Source: a candidate division NC10 bacterium CSP1-5
GTDB lineage: Bacteria > Methylomirabilota > Methylomirabilia > Methylomirabilales > CSP1-5
DNA length: 64,000 nucleotides
Direction: 5' to 3'
Assembly: GCA_001443495.1 (NCBI GenBank)
Contig: LDXR01000002.1
Coordinates: 324,956-388,955 of the forward strand
Part shown: positions 27,043-36,544 of the stretch, one piece after another
Numbering within the stretch: position 1 is the first letter of the stretch
Layout: each line of letters opens with the position of its first letter
The notes under the pieces: generated by a model
The model's input: only the letters and a program-made list of their open reading frames with translations
Databases searched by the model: none
Told to the model about the DNA's origin: nothing
Translations under genes and position numbers: made by a program

Positions 27043-27537
27043 ATGAAATCACCCGTGTGCCTTGTCTCGAAAAGCCGCATCTCCCATGTTTTGATCCTTT
27101 CCCTCCTGCTGTTGGGCATTGCCGGGGCGGCGTGGGCCGGGGACAAGGAGGACGTCGCCGCCGCGATGGACATGTGGAGGGATAACCTCGCCGCGAGCAA
27201 TGCCGAAAAACCCGACAAGGTCGTCTCCCTCTATGCCCAGGACGCCGTCCTCTGGGGAACGATATCCCCCACTCTGCGCGCGACGCCGGCGGAGATTAAG
27301 GACTATTTTGTGAACGCCCTTCAAAAACTCCCCAAGCTCACGGTGGCGTTCAAGGATCCCCACATACGGGTGTACGGCAATACCGCGATTAATTCCGGCT
27401 ATTACACGTTCTCGTACCTGAAGGATGGCAACCCCACAACGCTTCCCGCGCGGTATAGTTTCGTCTATGTGAAGCGTGACGGAAAGTGGCTCATCGTGGA
27501 TCACCACTCGTCCGCCATGCCTGCACCGGCCAAGTAA
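27043..27537 (+). CDS. exported NTF2-like (SnoaL/DUF4440/SgcJ-EcaC type) protein
   Basis: 164 aa with a signal-like N-terminus (ILSLLLLGIAGAAWA). NTF2-like pattern YAQDAVLWGT...YTFSY......PARYSFVY.K.DGKWLIVDHHSS. Confidence 0.65.
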   Translation: MKSPVCLVSKSRISHVLILSLLLLGIAGAAWAGDKEDVAAAMDMWRDNLAASNAEKPDKVVSLYAQDAVLWGTISPTLRATPAEIKDYFVNALQKLPKLTVAFKDPHIRVYGNTAINSGYYTFSYLKDGNPTTLPARYSFVYVKRDGKWLIVDHHSSAMPAPAK

Positions 27538-27681
27538 GAGCAGAGCCGCGAGCAACCAAAAGGGGGGGGTGGCCCGCATGGGTCATCCCCCGCGCACCTT
27601 CGCCCGCCAATCTCCGCTCCCGGATCTCTTCCGCCCGAGGTCGCTGCCCGCCTTCTTCCCACGCTGCATCCGACAATTTCA

Positions 27682-27710
27682 TTGACAGGAGAGGCCTCCA
27701 GAGCTAGAAA
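27682..27710 (+). promoter_or_regulatory. sigma70-like promoter TTGACA-N17-TAGAAA
   Basis: TTGACA at 27682-27687, a 17-nt spacer, then TAGAAA at 27705-27710, about 60 nt upstream of GTG 27771. Confidence 0.55.
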
Positions 27711-27770
27711 AAGAGCACAATCGGCGCCGTCCCGAAGCGGCGGCACGCGGGAATCCGCGAGGAGGCCAAG

Positions 27771-28628
27771 GTGTTGATTCCGAATATCCTGCAACTGGGA
27801 TGGGGGGCGATCCGAGAAAAACTGCACGGGCAGGGGTGCGATACGATCCTTATCCCCATCGGCAGCTGTGAACGCCACGGGAATCCCTATACACCGCTCG
27901 GACTCGATGGGATGGTGACCCTGCGCGTGGTCGAGCGGGCGGCCCGCCGGGCCGACGTCCTGCACACCCCACTGATGCCCTTCGGGTACGCCCCGCATCA
28001 TATGGGAAGGGTGAACGAGGGAACCGGCACCGTGTCGCTGTCGGTCGAGACCTACCGGAGGGTCCTCCTGGACATCGGCCGCAGCCTCATCTACCACGGC
28101 TTCAATAAACTCGTCTTTGTCTCCTTCCATAGCTTCAATGTCACCAACGCGGAGGAGGTCCTCTTCGCGCTGCGACATCGGACCGGGGCCTTCGTGGCCT
28201 TCTACGGGGGGCGGGAGACTCCCGAGGCGCAGCGGATCCTGGGATGTCCGCCCGACCAGATGGCGGGTGATCTGGAGGCCTCGTTGGCATTGGCCCTTCT
28301 GGAGCCGGACGCGGCCGGGCGGCCGGAGGATTACGCTCGGACCTTTACCATCCATGCCCCGGAGTGGCTTGGTCCCGCCTTCTCGAAGCGGCCGGGGACA
28401 GGGATGGCCGTGGGTTTTCAAGGGGAGGAGAACATCTGGGTCGCCATGGAAGACTACGAATTCGTTGAGCCACCGGGGGAGGAGAGGGAGAGGGCCTCCC
28501 TGGCGAGCCGTGAAAAGGGCGTGCGGGTGCTCGACGCCTTGGCGGAGCACCTCGCTCTGTTCGTGCTCGAAGTGAAGAAGTTGGCCATCACGGCGGAAAA
28601 CCGGGATTTCCCTGATCGGGTCCGGTAG
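27771..28628 (+). CDS. creatininase (creatinine amidohydrolase/ArfB/MftE) family protein
   Basis: 285 aa. The pattern ILIPIGSCERHG...L.TD and FVSFHSFN is typical of the creatininase family. GTG start preceded by AGGAGG. Confidence 0.75.
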   Translation: MLIPNILQLGWGAIREKLHGQGCDTILIPIGSCERHGNPYTPLGLDGMVTLRVVERAARRADVLHTPLMPFGYAPHHMGRVNEGTGTVSLSVETYRRVLLDIGRSLIYHGFNKLVFVSFHSFNVTNAEEVLFALRHRTGAFVAFYGGRETPEAQRILGCPPDQMAGDLEASLALALLEPDAAGRPEDYARTFTIHAPEWLGPAFSKRPGTGMAVGFQGEENIWVAMEDYEFVEPPGEERERASLASREKGVRVLDALAEHLALFVLEVKKLAITAENRDFPDRVR

Positions 28629-28686
28629 CCGCCCCCGCACAGCCCGCGCTGGCCTCCCTCCGGTGATTTGAGGACGCCATACGGAC

Positions 28687-30153
28687 ATGACGTTGCGGCG
28701 GAAGCTCCTCGTGGCCTTTTCCATCATGACCGTCCCCCTACTGGTCATCGGAGGCCTGACGCTGTGGAACATCCGAGAGGAGAACCAGGCCCTGAGGGCG
28801 CTGGAGGAGGGCCTGGGGAGGGTCCGGATCTTCGCGGAGCTCGAGTCGGCAGTCCATCGGCAGGTCCTGAAGATCCGCGATTACCTCACTGGATGGGACA
28901 GGGGGGCCAAGCGGGAGTTTGACTGGCTGGACCGCGTGGTCCGTGAGCTGGCGGAGGAATGGAAGGGGGCCGTTTCGCATCCCGAGGATGTCCAACTCGC
29001 CGAGGACTTCGATCGTCTTTACAGGGAGATCAAGGATCTCGCCGAGAGGGCGTTCAATGCATACGACGGAGGGAGGAGGGATGAGGCGATTCGGCTCGTT
29101 CAGCAGGAGCTCGACGGCCGGCTGTTTGCCGACCTCGACAGAAAGATCAAGGCCATCTACCGGTCGTCCAGGACCCACAATGTCAAGAGTGCCCTCGACC
29201 GGCTCGAGGCCATCCAGGGTTTCACGAGGATGTTTCTAATCGTGAGTGTCCTCTCGTCCGTGGTGTTGGTCGCCCTGTCGTCCATCCTGATCTCCCGCAA
29301 TCTCGCCCGCCCGGTCGAGGAGCTGAAGCGGGCGATGGATATCGTGGGGGCAGGGCGCTTGGACGCGGCGATCGAGGTGCGCTCCCGGGACGAGATCGGC
29401 GACCTCGCCCGCTCCTTTATCGACATGACACAAAAGCTGAAGGAAACGCAAGATCAGTTGATCCAATCCGAGAAGCTAGCCTCCCTGGGACAGATGGCGG
29501 CGGCGGTCGCCCACGGGCTGAGAAATCCCTTGGCGAGCATCCGGGCAGCGACCCAGCTCAGCCTCCGTCGCGTGCCTCGGGAAGATCCGCTGCGTGAGCA
29601 GCTCGGATCTGTCATCGGCGAGGTCGACCGCCTGGAGAAACGCATCACACACCTCCTCGATTTCACCAAGCCATCGCCGTACCGTCCGGTTACCGAGAAG
29701 CCAGAGCAATTGTTCCAGGACGTCTTACCCACTTTCTCGGAGAAGTTCACGCAGCAGGAGATCCAGCTCCGGGTCGATTATGCCGGGGACCTCCCGGAGG
29801 TCTGGGTCGATCCCTTCCAGATCGAGCTGGCACTGCTCGAGGTCATCGCCAACGCCGTGGAAGCGATGCCCAAAGGAGGCATGCTCACCATCTCCGCGTG
29901 CCGTCGTGAGCAGGGAGGCTCAACACACGGGGGCACCGACGTCGAAATCGTCATCGTGGACACGGGAGGGGGGATCCCCGAAGACGTGCGCACACATGTC
30001 TTTGAACCCTTCTTCACCACGAAGGCGGACGGAACGGGCCTCGGTTTGGCCATCGCCAAGCGATTGATTGAGCAGAATAAAGGCACCCTGACCATTGCCA
30101 GTACAGGTGGACAGGGGACGTCGGTGCGGATCACCCTGCCTATAGCCTCCTGA
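28687..30153 (+). CDS. sensor histidine kinase (two TM segments, helical sensor, HAMP, HisKA, HATPase_c)
   Basis: 488 aa with two hydrophobic segments and a HAMP region (RPVEELKRAMDIVGAGRLD). H-box AHGLRNPL and G2 box [10 protein letters not shown]. Confidence 0.9.
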   Translation: MTLRRKLLVAFSIMTVPLLVIGGLTLWNIREENQALRALEEGLGRVRIFAELESAVHRQVLKIRDYLTGWDRGAKREFDWLDRVVRELAEEWKGAVSHPEDVQLAEDFDRLYREIKDLAERAFNAYDGGRRDEAIRLVQQELDGRLFADLDRKIKAIYRSSRTHNVKSALDRLEAIQGFTRMFLIVSVLSSVVLVALSSILISRNLARPVEELKRAMDIVGAGRLDAAIEVRSRDEIGDLARSFIDMTQKLKETQDQLIQSEKLASLGQMAAAVAHGLRNPLASIRAATQLSLRRVPREDPLREQLGSVIGEVDRLEKRITHLLDFTKPSPYRPVTEKPEQLFQDVLPTFSEKFTQQEIQLRVDYAGDLPEVWVDPFQIELALLEVIANAVEAMPKGGMLTISACRREQGGSTHGGTDVEIVIVDTGGGIPEDVRTHVFEPFFTTKADGTGLGLAIAKRLIEQNKGTLTIASTGGQGTSVRITLPIAS

Positions 30154-30169
30154 CAGGAGCTCTCTCCGG

Positions 30170-31576
30170 ATGGCACATTTCACCGTCCTCATCGTAGATG
30201 ATGAAAAGACGCTGGCCCGATCCATCAAGCTCTTTCTCCTCGAGCAGGGCTACGAGGCGGAGGTCGCCGAGGATGGCGAAGCGGCCCTCAGGCTCCTTTC
30301 GGAGATCCATCCCGACCTGGTCTTCTTGGATGTCCGGCTGCCCAAGGTGACCGGGATCGAGCTGCTGAAAAGGATCCGGGAGTTCGACCCGCACATCTAC
30401 GTCGTCCTGATGACGGCGTACGGCTCCATCGAAGGGGCGGTGGAGGCCATCAAGCTGGGCGCCTACGACTACCTCAAGAAGCCGGTGGATCTCGAGGAAC
30501 TGAAGATCTTGCTGGAGCGGGCTCAGGAGGACTGCCGCCTCAGGCAGGAGCTCTCGTATTACCGCGAGCGACAGACGCGGACGTTACCGCTCTCCTTTGA
30601 GGGCCTCATCGGCAAGTGTGACGCCATGCGACAGGTCTTTGAGCGGATCCAACAGATCGCGTCGGTGGAGGAGTCCCCCACGGTCCTCATTACCGGGGAG
30701 ACGGGTACAGGAAAAGGGTTGGTGGCCCGGGCCATCCACATGCAGAGCCCCCGGGCCTCGGGACCCTTCATTGAAGTCGACTGCACTGCCCTGCCCGCCA
30801 CCCTGGTCGAGAGCGAGCTGTTCGGCCACGAGAAGGGGGCCTTCACCGATGCCCGGGAATCAAAAATAGGGCTTGTGGAGGCCGCCGATGCGGGAACCTT
30901 GTTCCTCGACGAGGTCGGGGACCTGGAGCTCCCCCTGCAGGGGAAGCTCCTCCGCGCGATCGAGGAGCGCAAGGTTCGCCGGATTGGAAGCGTGAAGGAT
31001 CGCACGGTCGACGTGCGGATCACTGCGGCGACCAATAAGGATCTCGGGGCGGAGGTCACCAGGGGCACCTTTCGGAAGGAACTCTACTACCGCCTCGCCG
31101 TGCTGACCATCCATCTCCCCCCTTTACGGGAGCGGGGCGAGGACATCCCTTTGCTCGCGACGCACTTCGTGGAGCGGTTCAGTACGAAATACGGCAGGCC
31201 AAACGCAAGGCTCAGCGAGGGAGCCATGAGAGCCCTCTCCGAGTACCACTGGCCGGGGAACGTGCGGGAGCTGAAGCACGTGGTGGAGCGCGCGATCATT
31301 TCAAGCCCGCAAGAGGTCATCGACCTCGACGGGCTCTCCGTCGGGGGCCGGTCGGCCTCCGGGAATAAGACACTGCTCGAAGAGACGCCGCACGGACTCA
31401 AGGTCCAATTCCCCCCTGAAGGCATCGATCTTCGGCAGTGGGAGAAGGTGTTGATCGAAAAGGCCCTCCAATCGACGGAAGGAAATCGTACTCGCGCAGC
31501 ACAACTCCTGGGTATCAGCAGGTATGCCCTCCGATACCGGATGAAGAAGCTTAGGATCCGAGAACGCACACCTTAA
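30170..31576 (+). CDS. sigma54-dependent response regulator (NtrC family: REC-AAA+-Fis HTH)
   Basis: 468 aa. Receiver domain (LIVDDE...D), Walker A GETGTGKG, a GAFTDA variant of the GAFTGA sigma54-contact loop, and a C-terminal HTH GNRTRAAQLLGISRYALRYRMKK. Confidence 0.95.
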   Translation: MAHFTVLIVDDEKTLARSIKLFLLEQGYEAEVAEDGEAALRLLSEIHPDLVFLDVRLPKVTGIELLKRIREFDPHIYVVLMTAYGSIEGAVEAIKLGAYDYLKKPVDLEELKILLERAQEDCRLRQELSYYRERQTRTLPLSFEGLIGKCDAMRQVFERIQQIASVEESPTVLITGETGTGKGLVARAIHMQSPRASGPFIEVDCTALPATLVESELFGHEKGAFTDARESKIGLVEAADAGTLFLDEVGDLELPLQGKLLRAIEERKVRRIGSVKDRTVDVRITAATNKDLGAEVTRGTFRKELYYRLAVLTIHLPPLRERGEDIPLLATHFVERFSTKYGRPNARLSEGAMRALSEYHWPGNVRELKHVVERAIISSPQEVIDLDGLSVGGRSASGNKTLLEETPHGLKVQFPPEGIDLRQWEKVLIEKALQSTEGNRTRAAQLLGISRYALRYRMKKLRIRERTP

Positions 31577-31577
31577 G

Positions 31578-31611
31578 TGGGCCAAATCGCACACTGGGCC
31601 AAATCGCACAC
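31578..31611 (+). promoter_or_regulatory. perfect tandem 17-bp direct repeat (candidate enhancer/UAS for the NtrC-type activator)
   Basis: TGGGCCAAATCGCACAC occurs at 31578-31594 and again at 31595-31611. The repeat starts 2 nt after the regulator stop and ends about 53 nt upstream of the sigma54 promoter. Confidence 0.5.
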
Positions 31612-31663
31612 TATTTCATATTCATCAAGCTTTTGAATTCAATGACTTAACTGCTCTCTGGGT

Positions 31664-31679
31664 TGGCACGAAGCGTGCT
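31664..31679 (+). promoter_or_regulatory. sigma54 (-24/-12) promoter
   Basis: TGGCACGAAGCGTGCT. GG at 31665-31666 and GC at 31677-31678 have the canonical spacing of TGGCAC-N5-TTGC. Lies about 125 nt upstream of ATG 31806 and directly downstream of a sigma54 activator gene. Confidence 0.75.
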
Positions 31680-31805
31680 ATAATGTTAACTGTTAGCTTG
31701 TCTCCATCGGGAGCCATGCGACCTGGGCAGGCGATTCCTCGGCCGTCCGGTGGTTGATACCGTCAGATCCAACGTTTCCCGCAGAGGCAGAAAAGGGAGG
31801 GCTTC

Positions 31806-32804
31806 ATGAAGATCGGTTTCTACGCAACCGGATCCGGGACGTCTACCCATGTGGATCTGCTGAGGCAGATTGAGTACGCGGACGAGACCGGTTTCGATTC
31901 CGCCTGGCTCCGGGAGCGCCACTTTCATCCTGATCATCAGGGGCGGAACTTCTTTACGTCACCGCTCGTGGCTGCCTCATACATCGCCGCCCGGACCAAG
32001 CATATCCGGATCGGCATCGCCTCGCGGATCCTTCCCCTGGACCATCCGATTCACATTGCGGAAGATGGTGCGACTGTCGATGTGATCAGCGACGGACGGT
32101 TGGATCTGGGGATCGCCCGGGTGGGCGAAAACGAGCTCTACCAGCTTGCCTTCGGGGTAACGACGGAGGAGACGCGAGGCCGGTTCGAGGAGGCCGTGGA
32201 GATCCTCATCAAGGCGTGGACGTTGCCGCAGTTTTCATACCACGGTACCTATTACAGCATTCCCGATATCTCGGTGTATCCCAAGCCCGTGCAGAAGCCG
32301 CATCCCCCGATCTACCTTGTCGGCATCAGCAGCGGAACCTTCAAATTTGGGGCAACGCGCGGCTTTCCCCTCATCCTCGCAGGCGCGCAGCCGGTTGCGA
32401 TCGTGAAACGGACCCAGGAGGAGTATTACCGGCTCCTCTCGGATCACGGGTTTCCCGCGCGCGAGATCGAGCTTCCAGTGAATCGGTTTCTGTATGTCGC
32501 TGAGTCGAACCAGCAGGCCATCGACGAAACCCGGGAGGCGCTCAACACGTTCATCCATCGCGGCGCGACGGCGATCAGGGACTATCTGTTCCGCGCGCCC
32601 GAGGAGATCACGCCCGAGTGGCTCTATGACGAGGTCTGTATCTTTGGCGATCCGGACACCTGTGTCAAGAAGCTCAACGAGCTTAAGCAGGCCATCGACC
32701 TCCGGCACATCATCTGTACCTTCAACTACTACACGATCGATCATGAGCGGTGTCGAAAATCGATGGAGCGCTTCGTGAAATACGTCCTACCCTACGTGCG
32801 ATGA
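31806..32804 (+). CDS. LLM-class (luciferase-like) flavin/F420-dependent oxidoreductase
   Basis: 332 aa with the luciferase-like pattern (AE..GFDS.WL.E.HF.......SP......IAA.T..IRIG......L..HP...AE....D..S.GR...G). Confidence 0.85.
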   Translation: MKIGFYATGSGTSTHVDLLRQIEYADETGFDSAWLRERHFHPDHQGRNFFTSPLVAASYIAARTKHIRIGIASRILPLDHPIHIAEDGATVDVISDGRLDLGIARVGENELYQLAFGVTTEETRGRFEEAVEILIKAWTLPQFSYHGTYYSIPDISVYPKPVQKPHPPIYLVGISSGTFKFGATRGFPLILAGAQPVAIVKRTQEEYYRLLSDHGFPAREIELPVNRFLYVAESNQQAIDETREALNTFIHRGATAIRDYLFRAPEEITPEWLYDEVCIFGDPDTCVKKLNELKQAIDLRHIICTFNYYTIDHERCRKSMERFVKYVLPYVR

Positions 32805-32854
32805 CAGGGAATTCTCCGTCGCAGCGTGATGGACGGATGAAACAGGAAGAGGGG

Positions 32855-33895
32855 ATGGTGATGCGGTTCGGCCTGTTCATCATGGGAACCGAGTCCGGGA
32901 CGTATCAGGACATCTTGGAACAGGTCCAGGTCGCCGAGGAGCTCGGCTTCGACGGTGTCTGGCTGGGAGAGCGCCATTTCGAACACGGCCAGCTCCTGTA
33001 CTCTTCCCCTTTCCACGCCGCGGCGGCCATGGCGGCGAAGACCAATCGGATTCGAATCGGGACGGCAGGGCGCATTCTCGCCCTGGACCATCCGATTCAT
33101 GTTGCGGAGGACGCGGCCACCCTGGACATCCTGAGCGGGGGGCGCCTCGACCTCGGGGTGACCCGGGCCGGCCTGGACGAGCGGTTCCATCAGATCTTTG
33201 AGCGCCCGGTAGAGGACACACGACAGGGCCAGTTCGAAGAGGCGTTGGAGATCATCGTGAAGGCCTGGACCTGTGAGCGGTTCGCCTATGAAGGCCGGTA
33301 CTACCAGATCCCTGAAATCTCCGTCTTGCCAAAGCCGCTCCAAAAGCCGCGCCCGCCGATCTACGTCGTTGCCGTAAGCCGCCTGACCATGGCCTTCGCG
33401 GCCCAGAAAGGATATCCGGTCTTTATCGGGGCGCTCCAAACTCCCCGAGAACTGAAAGAGACCCTCACCTTTTACTGGCAGACGTTCCGGGAAGCCGGCC
33501 ATAATGGGGTCGCCGTCGATCTCCCGGTGAACCGGTTCCTGTGCGTTGGCGAGTCGAATGCCAAGGCACGGGAGGTGATCGCGGAGCCCTTCTGGTCGTT
33601 CATTCAGCATAAGGCGCCGGATCTGAAGCTGGCCCTTCAGGGGAAGTATGGCGAGAAAGGGTTCAGGTTAGAACGATTTCTGGAGGATTTCTGCATCTTT
33701 GGTGACCCCGACCTGTGCGTCACGAGAATCAAAGAGCTGCAGGACATCGGGGTCACCTACCTGATGTGTACCCTGAACTTCATCACTATGGAACACAAGC
33801 TCTGTCTCAAGTCGATGGAGCGGTTTGCCACAGAGGTGATGCCGCATTTCAAGGAGGCACCGCACGGTGAGCTCCTCGCAGGCGTGACCCGGTGA
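32855..33895 (+). CDS. LLM-class (luciferase-like) flavin/F420-dependent oxidoreductase, paralogue
   Basis: Same family pattern as the preceding gene (MRFGLFIMG...AEELGFDGVWLGERHF). Start is ATG 32855 or 32861; the ORF-track 32750 start overlaps the upstream gene. Confidence 0.85.
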   Translation: MVMRFGLFIMGTESGTYQDILEQVQVAEELGFDGVWLGERHFEHGQLLYSSPFHAAAAMAAKTNRIRIGTAGRILALDHPIHVAEDAATLDILSGGRLDLGVTRAGLDERFHQIFERPVEDTRQGQFEEALEIIVKAWTCERFAYEGRYYQIPEISVLPKPLQKPRPPIYVVAVSRLTMAFAAQKGYPVFIGALQTPRELKETLTFYWQTFREAGHNGVAVDLPVNRFLCVGESNAKAREVIAEPFWSFIQHKAPDLKLALQGKYGEKGFRLERFLEDFCIFGDPDLCVTRIKELQDIGVTYLMCTLNFITMEHKLCLKSMERFATEVMPHFKEAPHGELLAGVTR

Positions 33896-34854
33896 GCAAA
33901 CTCCCGCTCACATTAGCCTGCCTCGACTATGACCGGGTCAAGCCGCTGATGCTGAGGCAGGTGGAGCCGGCCGGTATCGACCTGAACATCCTGCCGTACT
34001 CCCCTGACGATTCCGTCTGGCCGATGGTCCGGTACGGGGAGTTCGACGCCTCGGAGATGACCCTCGCCACCTACGCGATCCTCCGCACACGGGGCGAGGC
34101 ACCCTATATCGCCATTCCCGTCTTCGTCTCACGAGCGTTTCCCCACGGCGCGATCTTCGTCCACACAAAGGCGGATATCCACCAACCCCAGGATCTTAAA
34201 GGAAAACGGATCGGCTCGGGGCAGTTTCAGATGTCGATCGCGGTGTGGGCACGGGGCATCCTACAACACGATTACGGGGTGGATCCCAGGGAGGTGCACT
34301 GGTATACCGGCCGGGCGGAGGTGGGGCTCAATCTTCCGCCGGACTTTAAGGCGACCCTCTTCCCGCCGGGGAAGATGCTGGCAGATCGGCTCGAGGAGGG
34401 GGAGCTTGATGCCCTCATTGTTCCCACCATCCCCGCAAAATTCCGGGGCAACCATCCCCACGTTCGCCGACTCTTTCCCGACCCGAAAGCCATCGAGCTC
34501 GAATACTTTCAGCGGACGCGGATTTTTCCCATGTTGCACCTCATCGTCATCAAGCAGGAAGTCTACGACAAGCACCCCTGGGTCGCCTCGAGCCTCTACC
34601 GCGCGTTCGTGCAGGCCAAAGAGATCTGCTATCGGGATCTGAGCGAGACCATGGAGCGGTTGCGCTATACAGTCCCATGGTTGGATTCGCATGTGGAGGA
34701 CCTGTGGAGGACCATGGGGCAGGACTTCTGGCCGTACGGTCTCAAGGCAAACACGCACGCCCTCGAGACCTACATCCAGTACCTTTCCGAACAGCACCTC
34801 ATCGATCGAAAGCCCGCGTTCGAGGAGCTGTTCGCCCGCAATGCCTTGGATTGA
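33892..34854 (+). CDS. cytoplasmic periplasmic-binding-protein-fold protein (NMT1/THI5-like; family often annotated 4,5-dihydroxyphthalate decarboxylase)
   Basis: 320 aa with no signal peptide. The pattern resembles the NMT1-like / 'dihydroxyphthalate decarboxylase' group. GTG start overlaps the upstream stop as GTGA. Confidence 0.6.
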   Translation: MSKLPLTLACLDYDRVKPLMLRQVEPAGIDLNILPYSPDDSVWPMVRYGEFDASEMTLATYAILRTRGEAPYIAIPVFVSRAFPHGAIFVHTKADIHQPQDLKGKRIGSGQFQMSIAVWARGILQHDYGVDPREVHWYTGRAEVGLNLPPDFKATLFPPGKMLADRLEEGELDALIVPTIPAKFRGNHPHVRRLFPDPKAIELEYFQRTRIFPMLHLIVIKQEVYDKHPWVASSLYRAFVQAKEICYRDLSETMERLRYTVPWLDSHVEDLWRTMGQDFWPYGLKANTHALETYIQYLSEQHLIDRKPAFEELFARNALD

Positions 34855-34897
34855 TCCTCCCTCGGTAGATCCATCCCAAGGTTTCCACGAGGCAGCA

Positions 34898-36544
34898 ATG
34901 CAGGTGAGACACCCATGTGACGTGCTCGTCATCGGAGGCGGGGGAGCCGCGCTGAGGGCCGTGATCGCGGCGAAAGAGGTCGTCTCCGACGTGGTGGTGT
35001 GCTGCAAGGGAGAGGCGGGGCGGAGCGGGAGTACCATGTACGCTGGCTGCTCGATGATCGCTGCGCTTCCCACCGACCCCCCCGAGGCCGTTCAGAGCCA
35101 CTTCAAGGACACCATGGTCGTCGGGAAGTTCCTCAACGACGGGGCCCTTGTCGAGGAACTCGTGACTCACGCCGGCGTGGAGATTCCGCGCCTAGAGGGT
35201 TTTGGCGTCAAGCTCCACATCAAGAAGGGAGACTTCCTCCTGGGCAAGGGCCCTGACGCCGTCCTGCCGAGTGGGGTGGAACCGGACTACACCGGCTACG
35301 ACTTTGCCGTGCGGGGATTGGCCCTCACGCAGCCCCTGGCGGTCGAGGCCGCTCGGCGCGGCGTTGAGATTCTCAATCAGGTCGCGGTGATCAGGCTGGT
35401 TCTTTCCCACGGGGAGGTTTTCGGGGCCCTTGGGGTGGATCTTGCGACGGGAGAACTCCTCCTCTTCCCCGCAAAGGCGGTCGTCCTGGCAAGCGGTGGT
35501 GGGGGATGGCTGTATGCCCAGACCTCGAACAGCCCCGACCTCACTGGCGATTCTTTCACCCTTGCCCTCGAGGCCGGGGCTACCCTGCGCGACATGGAGT
35601 TCGTGGAGTTTAATCCCTGTCGCCTCCTGTATCCTGACATGCCGACGAATCTGCCGCCTGACCTCTTTAGCTACGGAGGGGTCTTGCGGAACGCGGAGGG
35701 GGAGCGCTTCATCCTGAATCACAACCCGAAGGGAGAAGAGGCCTCGTTCCGCGAGGAGATGCCGCGCCTCCTCGCACGGGAGGTCGAAGAGGGCCGGGGC
35801 GTGAGGGGCGGGGTCTGGCTTGACGCCACCATGGTTCCCCCGGAGGTCTGGGAGGATCGGTACCCGTTTCTCTACGCGGCCCTCAGGCAGCACGGTGTTG
35901 ATCCGCAGAAGGAGTTCCTCGTCTTTGGTGTACGGGCCAACCTCTTCGCAGGCGGGGTAAAGGTGGGGATTCGAGGGCGGACGGAACTCCCCGGTCTTTT
36001 CGCCGCCGGAGAGGCGGTCGGTGGGGTGCATGGTGCTAAGCGTTTTGGCGGAAACTCCGTAGCACACGCCATCGTGTCCGGGGCGCTTGTTGGGAGAGAA
36101 GCCGCCGAGGAAGCCAAGGGGCCGAGGCGTGTCCCGGATCTTTCCGCAACGCCCGTGCCCCGCTTCGTCCAGCGCGCGGGTGCCATACGGATCCCCGATA
36201 TTGAGGGTGAACTCCGCAGGGTGATGTGGGAGGACGTGGGGTTGATCCGATCAGCGAATTCCCTTGGATTGGCCCTCGAAAAGATCGAGTCGTGCCAGAA
36301 GGCGTTGGCGGAGTGCGACCTTTCATCACGGCAGGACCACATCAGGGCCTTCACGCTCCACAGTATGCTTCTGACGGCCGAAGGGGTGACGCGATCAGCC
36401 CTCCTCCGGCGGGAAAGTCGCGGACCCCATTACCGGGACGATTTTCCGGCCCAGGAGCGGTCCTGGCTCGGGAGCGTTGACGTGCGGCAATCGCCATCGG
36501 GATTGGATGTAGCCTTTAAGGCGAAGGAGAAGAGGGAATCATGA
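34898..36544 (+). CDS. FAD-dependent oxidoreductase, succinate dehydrogenase/fumarate reductase/L-aspartate oxidase flavoprotein family
   Basis: Dinucleotide motif DVLVIGGGGAALRA and the family motif GEAVGGVHGAKRFGGNSV. Start is ATG 34898 (alternative 34841); the ORF-track 34691 start is an out-of-context extension. Confidence 0.85.
   Translation: MQVRHPCDVLVIGGGGAALRAVIAAKEVVSDVVVCCKGEAGRSGSTMYAGCSMIAALPTDPPEAVQSHFKDTMVVGKFLNDGALVEELVTHAGVEIPRLEGFGVKLHIKKGDFLLGKGPDAVLPSGVEPDYTGYDFAVRGLALTQPLAVEAARRGVEILNQVAVIRLVLSHGEVFGALGVDLATGELLLFPAKAVVLASGGGGWLYAQTSNSPDLTGDSFTLALEAGATLRDMEFVEFNPCRLLYPDMPTNLPPDLFSYGGVLRNAEGERFILNHNPKGEEASFREEMPRLLAREVEEGRGVRGGVWLDATMVPPEVWEDRYPFLYAALRQHGVDPQKEFLVFGVRANLFAGGVKVGIRGRTELPGLFAAGEAVGGVHGAKRFGGNSVAHAIVSGALVGREAAEEAKGPRRVPDLSATPVPRFVQRAGAIRIPDIEGELRRVMWEDVGLIRSANSLGLALEKIESCQKALAECDLSSRQDHIRAFTLHSMLLTAEGVTRSALLRRESRGPHYRDDFPAQERSWLGSVDVRQSPSGLDVAFKAKEKRES

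Noticed and set aside
31624-31635. IHF-like site (ATCAAGCTTTTG) between the 17-bp repeats and the sigma54 promoter.
   Set aside because: It is a single near-match to a degenerate consensus in an AT-rich stretch. By eye it cannot be distinguished from chance.
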